A stretch of 64,000 nucleotides of DNA. Origin: Candidatus Micrarchaeia archaeon. GTDB taxonomy: Archaea > Micrarchaeota > Micrarchaeia > Anstonellales > Bilamarchaeaceae. The notes below the pieces were generated by a model that ran no database searches, was not told where the DNA came from, and saw only the letters and a program-made list of their open reading frames with translations. Positions within the stretch are counted from its first letter, which is position 1. Each line of letters begins with the position of its first letter. The position numbers were made by a program, and so were the translations under genes. Below are positions 59,579 through 64,000 of the stretch, one piece after another. The stretch covers positions 433,723 to 497,722 of the forward strand of contig JBAZFC010000001.1 of assembly GCA_041653635.1 (NCBI GenBank), written 5' to 3'.

Positions 59579-59962
59579 TTGAAATTAGTGATATCTGACA
59601 AAAAGACAGGCAAGTCGTATTCCGTTGAGGTCGCCGAGGACAAGCGCTCCCTCTTCGCAGGGAAGAGGATGGGCGACACGGTCCAGGGCGACGACTTCGG
59701 GCTGTTCGGCTACACGCTGAAGCTAAGCGGCGGCAGCGACACGAGCGGCATCCCCATGAGGCGCGACATTTCCGGCTCAAGGAAGATGAAGGTCCTCCTC
59801 TCCGGAGGGCAGGGGTTCAACCCTACGCGCAGGGGGATGAGGAAGAAGAAGATGGTGCGCGGCAGCCTTTTCGGCGCGGACAACGCGCAGGTCAATGCGG
59901 TCATAGAAACATACGGCCAGGCTGCGCCCGACGAACTGTTCAAGAAGGAGGAAAAGAAGTGA
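59579..59962 (+). CDS. rps6e: 30S ribosomal protein S6e
   Basis: 127 aa. MKLVISDKKTGKSYSVEV N-terminus typical of S6e. Confidence 0.85.
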   Translation: MKLVISDKKTGKSYSVEVAEDKRSLFAGKRMGDTVQGDDFGLFGYTLKLSGGSDTSGIPMRRDISGSRKMKVLLSGGQGFNPTRRGMRKKKMVRGSLFGADNAQVNAVIETYGQAAPDELFKKEEKK

Positions 59963-61158
59963 CCGGCTCCCCGCAGGCGGTAGTCAACATCGGCCTCCTG
60001 GGCCACGTGGACCACGGAAAGACCAGCCTCACCAAGGCGCTCACCGGCAAATGGACCGACACGCACAGCGAGGAGGTGAAGCGCGGGATATCCATCCGCC
60101 TCGGTTATGCGGACACCAACATCTATTTCTGCCCGAAATGCAATCTGCACACATTGAAGGACAAGTGCCCGAACTGCGGCGGGAAAACAGACATAAAGAG
60201 GCGCGTCTCTTTCCTTGATGCGCCGGGCCACGAGACGCTGATGACCATCGTCCTGTCCGCGTCCAGCATAATGGACGGCGCGCTTTTGCTCATCGCCGCG
60301 AACGAGCCCTGCCCGCAGCCGCAGACCGCGGAGCACCTCATGATACTCAACATAGCGGGCATAAAGAACGTCGTGGTGGTGCAGACCAAGATAGACCTCG
60401 TGACGAAAGAGCAGGCGAAGGCGCACTACGAATCCATAAGGAATTTCCTGAAGGGCTCGGTCGCGGAGAACGCGCCCATAATCCCGGTCGTTTCCAACTA
60501 TGGGATAAACGTGGATGCGGTCGCGGACGCCATAGAGCGCTCAATCCCAACGCCGCACCGGGATTCCTCTTTGCCGCCCGTGATGTTCATCTCGCGCTCA
60601 TTTGACATAAACAAGCCGGGCACCCCGATTCCGAACCTCAAAGGCGGGGTGGTGGGCGGCTCCCTGGTGCAGGGAACAATCAAGAAGGGAGACACGGTGC
60701 TCATACGCCCGGGCTTTGAGACCTCAAAAAAAGTGGTGAAGGAAGTGCAGGTGAAGGTGGAGAGCCTCATGTCCGAGGGCGGCCCGCTTGAATCCGCTGC
60801 TCCCGGAGGCCTGATTGCGGTCGGCACTTCGCTGGACCCGAACGTCGCGAAGGCGGACTCGCTCGTGGGCTGCCTTCTGGGGAAGCCGGGTTCGCTTCCC
60901 GATGCCAAGGCGGAGATTATTTTTGACCACCACCTCATCCAGAGGGAGGGCTTTGACAACCCACCCCTAAAGATGGGCGAGCCCATAGTCATAAACGTGG
61001 GCACCGCCACGGGCATAGGCGTGATTGCAGCGATAAAGAAGGGGCAGGTTCTCGCGAAGCTCAAGAAGCCGGTATGCGTGGTGAAGGGCTCCACGGTTGC
61101 GATGAGCAGGCGCGTGGGGCAGAGATGGCGGCTGGCGGGATGGGGCAAGTCCCTCTAA
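59959..61158 (+). CDS. Translation initiation factor aIF2 gamma subunit
   Basis: 399 aa. GTP-binding G1 GHVDHGKTSL, zinc ribbon CPKCN...CPNCG, EF-Tu-like domains. Confidence 0.9.
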   Translation: MTGSPQAVVNIGLLGHVDHGKTSLTKALTGKWTDTHSEEVKRGISIRLGYADTNIYFCPKCNLHTLKDKCPNCGGKTDIKRRVSFLDAPGHETLMTIVLSASSIMDGALLLIAANEPCPQPQTAEHLMILNIAGIKNVVVVQTKIDLVTKEQAKAHYESIRNFLKGSVAENAPIIPVVSNYGINVDAVADAIERSIPTPHRDSSLPPVMFISRSFDINKPGTPIPNLKGGVVGGSLVQGTIKKGDTVLIRPGFETSKKVVKEVQVKVESLMSEGGPLESAAPGGLIAVGTSLDPNVAKADSLVGCLLGKPGSLPDAKAEIIFDHHLIQREGFDNPPLKMGEPIVINVGTATGIGVIAAIKKGQVLAKLKKPVCVVKGSTVAMSRRVGQRWRLAGWGKSL

Positions 61159-61577
61159 TCCGCGCAGAAGTACAATTTCGCTATATTCTCGTTGTATACT
61201 ACTAATCTGTAGATGCAATTCCTCCCATCCGCATCCCATCCAATCTCAAGGTTTTCCAGCCCCATTTCCTGTTCCAGAGCTGCAACATCCACTGCGCCCA
61301 ATTCCCCTCCGTCAATAAGATTTGGATAATAGCTCGCCGAGAAACCGAAGCCCCCGTTCTTTTCCACGCCCGCATATTCCACCACATAATCCGATACGGC
61401 CAGCAATCTCCCTTCTTTAGTAAGCAAATTTATGTCCGATTCCGCCTTGTGCTCCGCAAGCGCAGAGAAGACGAGGATGTTGCCCAGCATAAGTATGACT
61501 GGGATGGTTGCGAAAAGCAAATCAAAGGTCGCAACACCCGACCGCTTTTTCAGCAGCCCTTCAAACAGGTTCCCCAT
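61155..61577 (-). CDS. Type IV pilin-like protein (class III signal peptide)
   Basis: 140 aa. KKRSG-VATFDLLFATIPVILML N-terminus resembles the archaeal prepilin signal. Confidence 0.5.
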   Translation of the reverse strand: MGNLFEGLLKKRSGVATFDLLFATIPVILMLGNILVFSALAEHKAESDINLLTKEGRLLAVSDYVVEYAGVEKNGGFGFSASYYPNLIDGGELGAVDVAALEQEMGLENLEIGWDADGRNCIYRLVVYNENIAKLYFCAD

Positions 61578-61896
61578 CCACTCCCCCGCATCCCATAATT
61601 ATTATTCCTGACGATTCGCCCACGCTCACCCGTTCCCCTGAAACCCTGTGCGCGAGCGGAAGGTCCGCACTCACCATCCCTGCCCAGCACCCCGCGCCCA
61701 TCGCGAATGAGGATTCCTCCGCAAGAACCCTGTCCGCGGCGGCATCGCCCATTCCCCTCTCGCCGGATTCCAGCACCCTCACCCCGGCAACTATTACGCC
61801 GACCAGCACGAGGAATGCTGCAAACGCAAGGAGGAATTCAGCCGCAACTTGTCCTTTTCTGCATCCAGCACCCCGCACCCGGCATCTCGCATTCAT
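61561..61896 (-). CDS. Type IV pilin-like protein (class III signal peptide)
   Basis: 111 aa. RKGQ-VAAEFLLAFAAFLVLV N-terminus. Confidence 0.45.
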   Translation of the reverse strand: MNARCRVRGAGCRKGQVAAEFLLAFAAFLVLVGVIVAGVRVLESGERGMGDAAADRVLAEESSFAMGAGCWAGMVSADLPLAHRVSGERVSVGESSGIIIMGCGGVDGEPV

Positions 61897-62513
61897 CTTA
61901 TTACCTCGCTCGTGGGGAAAACCGAAACCCCGGCCACATCATATTTTGATGAATAAACGGAAATCCCGACCGCCCCCTCAAGCATCGGGTTCGGCGGCTC
62001 CGGCCCCTTCAGCAATATGGAGTCCTCCATCCCGGTTCCGTATGGAACCTTCTGCGTTATCTGCATGAAAGGGGCGCAAGCAGGGCTCGCTATCGGCTGG
62101 CATGCTGTACACATCCTGAACCCTCCCGCCTCCCTCATCCTTTTCGGAAGCGCATCCAGCTCGGCCCCGTTCGTATAGCCGCACCAAACCTGCACTTCGT
62201 AATCCTCGTCCCACAAATCCATTCCAAGCTGCGCCAGCGACGCATACGCCGCAGCCCTTATGGCCGCCTCCCTTTCCTGCGGCACCCGCATTTCCGGAGG
62301 CACCAGGGCATCGTAAGCTACCGCCCCATCGTGCATCCCATAAGAGGCCGCTTGCAATATGTTCTCCTTCACGTTCCTCTCTATGTGCTCCATCCGCATT
62401 ACGCTTATCGCCTTCTCGTTTGAATAGTAATGCGGCTCGGCTAGAAGAGCCGCGGCTGCAACGAACAGCCCCAGCGCGGCGAGCACAATCAGGAAAGAAA
62501 TGTAGCCCCTCAC
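61893..62513 (-). CDS. Type IV pilin-like protein (class III signal peptide)
   Basis: 206 aa. MRG-YISFLIVLAALGLFVAAA N-terminus. The three ORFs overlap by 4-17 nt (operon). Confidence 0.45.
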   Translation of the reverse strand: MRGYISFLIVLAALGLFVAAAALLAEPHYYSNEKAISVMRMEHIERNVKENILQAASYGMHDGAVAYDALVPPEMRVPQEREAAIRAAAYASLAQLGMDLWDEDYEVQVWCGYTNGAELDALPKRMREAGGFRMCTACQPIASPACAPFMQITQKVPYGTGMEDSILLKGPEPPNPMLEGAVGISVYSSKYDVAGVSVFPTSEVIR

Positions 62514-62564
62514 AGTAGAATTCCTGCAGAGAAGATAAAATACCTATCGTGCATCCCTAATCCG

Positions 62565-63518
62565 ATGAGGGTTCGCCAGATAGACGCCTTCCGCGGCTTT
62601 GCAATCGTGCTGATGGTCTTCTTCACTCTCTACGCATTGCTCAGTAACGGGCCCGACTTCCTGCTGCACAACAAGCCCGATTCGCTGCACGCGGGCGATT
62701 TCGTGCTTCCCCTCTTCATTTTCGCAAGCGGCATGTCCCTTTTCTTCTTCACCCAGAAGCGGAAAAGCCGCCCGGCAAAGTATGTACTGGATTCAATGGA
62801 ACGCTTCTGGAAGCTCGTGCTCATCTCGTTCTTCCTGATGCTTCTCTTGGGCGCCGCACCCTTCACGATGGACGAGCTGATGCTCATAGCCCTCCTCTCG
62901 CTGCCCACCATCGTCCTCGCCCTCTTTCCGGAAATTTTCATCTATGCGGGCATCCTCCTTCCGCCCGCGCTTTACCTCATCCTTCTTTACACCGGCTCCC
63001 TCCCAAATTTCAACGCCGCATACCTCGGCGGCTATCCTGCTGCAATCTTCTACCTTCCGGTGATGCTCTTCGGCTTCCTTGCTGGGAAATCGGTATCAGA
63101 GAAAAAGAGCCTCCTCCCCCTATTTGCATCCATGCTCGTTCTAACAGCCCTCCTTCTTTTCCTTGTACCGCCCTACAAAATGGAGGCGTCCCCCTCTTTC
63201 ATGGCGCTCGCCTCCCTTCTCTCCCTAATCCTTTACATCTGCGTTGAGCGCATAATCAGCATCCCATCCTTCCAATCAGTCCCAGTACTTTTTTTCGAAT
63301 ACCTCGGCAGGAACCCGATAAGGTATTGGGTGCTGATGTTCCTCCTCTTCATAATCCCGGTAAGATTCTACCTATTTGCAGGGGGGCAGCACACCGCCGG
63401 GCTTGAGCCGGCGCAGGCAGTGTTGGTGTCCCTGGCATTTTCCATAATCCTATTCCTGGTTTCAAAACTGATGGATTGGATTATTTGGTTTCGCAGAAAG
63501 AGTGTTCAAAAAAACTAA
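62565..63518 (+). CDS. Acyltransferase-3/DUF1624-like polytopic membrane protein
   Basis: 317 aa. IDAFRGFAIVLMVFF N-terminal motif, about 10 TM helices. Confidence 0.6.
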   Translation: MRVRQIDAFRGFAIVLMVFFTLYALLSNGPDFLLHNKPDSLHAGDFVLPLFIFASGMSLFFFTQKRKSRPAKYVLDSMERFWKLVLISFFLMLLLGAAPFTMDELMLIALLSLPTIVLALFPEIFIYAGILLPPALYLILLYTGSLPNFNAAYLGGYPAAIFYLPVMLFGFLAGKSVSEKKSLLPLFASMLVLTALLLFLVPPYKMEASPSFMALASLLSLILYICVERIISIPSFQSVPVLFFEYLGRNPIRYWVLMFLLFIIPVRFYLFAGGQHTAGLEPAQAVLVSLAFSIILFLVSKLMDWIIWFRRKSVQKN

Positions 63519-63561
63519 AACATAAGATGGCGGGAGCCTAAGCCCCCGCCTTCTGCAATAT

Positions 63562-63978
63562 TCAGAGGGTGCCGCCGCCACCGATGCTGCCGCATGCGTT
63601 CGTGACCGTCACGCTCGTCATCGCATCCAGCACTGGGGGGACGAGCACCAGGATTATGATGCCGATAACGGCACCGATAATCATTGAGGTTGCCCAGACC
63701 GAGGCCCTTGCCCTGGTCTCCGCACCCATGACCTGGCCCGCCGCATACACGACCGCCGCAAGCACGATGAGCACGAATATGACCGCGCCCAAGACCGTGT
63801 TAACGGTTGTGTAAAGCTGGCAGATGCCCGCCTTTATGTCAGACCCTGCGCTAGTCGTCGCGAATCCAACGCTTGAAAGGACCAACGCAACCAGCATCAG
63901 CCCACTAACCATCTTTGTCGCATTCATATTCTGACCTCTTTGCTTTCTTATAGTTCCTAGTAATGTTTTTAATAACAT
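63562..63978 (-). CDS. Membrane protein (hypothetical)
   Basis: 138 aa, three hydrophobic helices, Gly-rich C-terminus. Confidence 0.4.
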   Translation of the reverse strand: MLLKTLLGTIRKQRGQNMNATKMVSGLMLVALVLSSVGFATTSAGSDIKAGICQLYTTVNTVLGAVIFVLIVLAAVVYAAGQVMGAETRARASVWATSMIIGAVIGIIILVLVPPVLDAMTSVTVTNACGSIGGGGTL

Positions 63979-64000
63979 GTGTGCCGGAAGACGCCTATGT

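Overview
This 64-kb window reads as a gene-dense segment of an archaeal chromosome, about 60% GC, with genes on both strands.

The archaeal call rests on the information-processing genes present. These include TBP, Orc1/Cdc6, RNA polymerase subunits Rpo4/F, Rpo7/E' and Spt4/E'', fibrillarin, aCPSF1 and aCPSF2, RNase Z, aIF2-gamma, the RFC large subunit, both proteasome subunits, SRP54 and the e-type ribosomal proteins L21e, S26e and S6e. Most promoters look leaderless, with a TATA box about 26 nt upstream of the start codon.

Housekeeping metabolism is also present:
- carB-carA
- ADP-forming acetyl-CoA synthetase (acdBA)
- deoxyhypusine synthase
- TrpRS
- methionine aminopeptidase
- UMP kinase
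- a fused MsrB-MsrA
- a P-type ATPase

Three tRNA genes are present:
- tRNA-Arg(TCG) with a 25-nt anticodon-loop intron
- tRNA-Lys(TTT)
- tRNA-Leu(CAG)

No rRNA genes or CRISPR arrays were seen.

The most unusual features are:
1. A dispersed family of about 100-nt repeats. Five same-orientation copies sit at 42.8, 50.8, 54.2, 57.5 and 59.1 kb. Each carries a GC-rich palindromic hairpin followed by a T-tract and a conserved tail.
   - Most copies sit at 3' gene boundaries.
   - One lies in-frame inside a SpoU methyltransferase CDS.
   - One supplies the stop codon of the P-type ATPase.
   - One sits between two copies of a duplicated RFC promoter plus 5' coding segment.
2. An accessory-looking cassette with an Lrp-type regulator divergent from a HerA/FtsK-superfamily ATPase that has an unknown N-terminal domain. 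The ATPase is translationally coupled to a Cys-ladder tandem-repeat protein.
3. A RelA/SpoT-type HD (ppGpp-hydrolase-like) protein with a long unknown C-terminal domain.
4. A PPR-like 35-residue helical-repeat protein.
5. A proline-repeat protein with a K/A-rich basic tail.
6. A structured 250-bp intergenic region with a perfect 20-bp palindrome and a candidate ncRNA.
7. A LAGLIDADG-like small ORF.
8. A three-gene operon of type IV pilin-like proteins.

All calls come from reading the sequence and from remembered family motifs. No database search was run.
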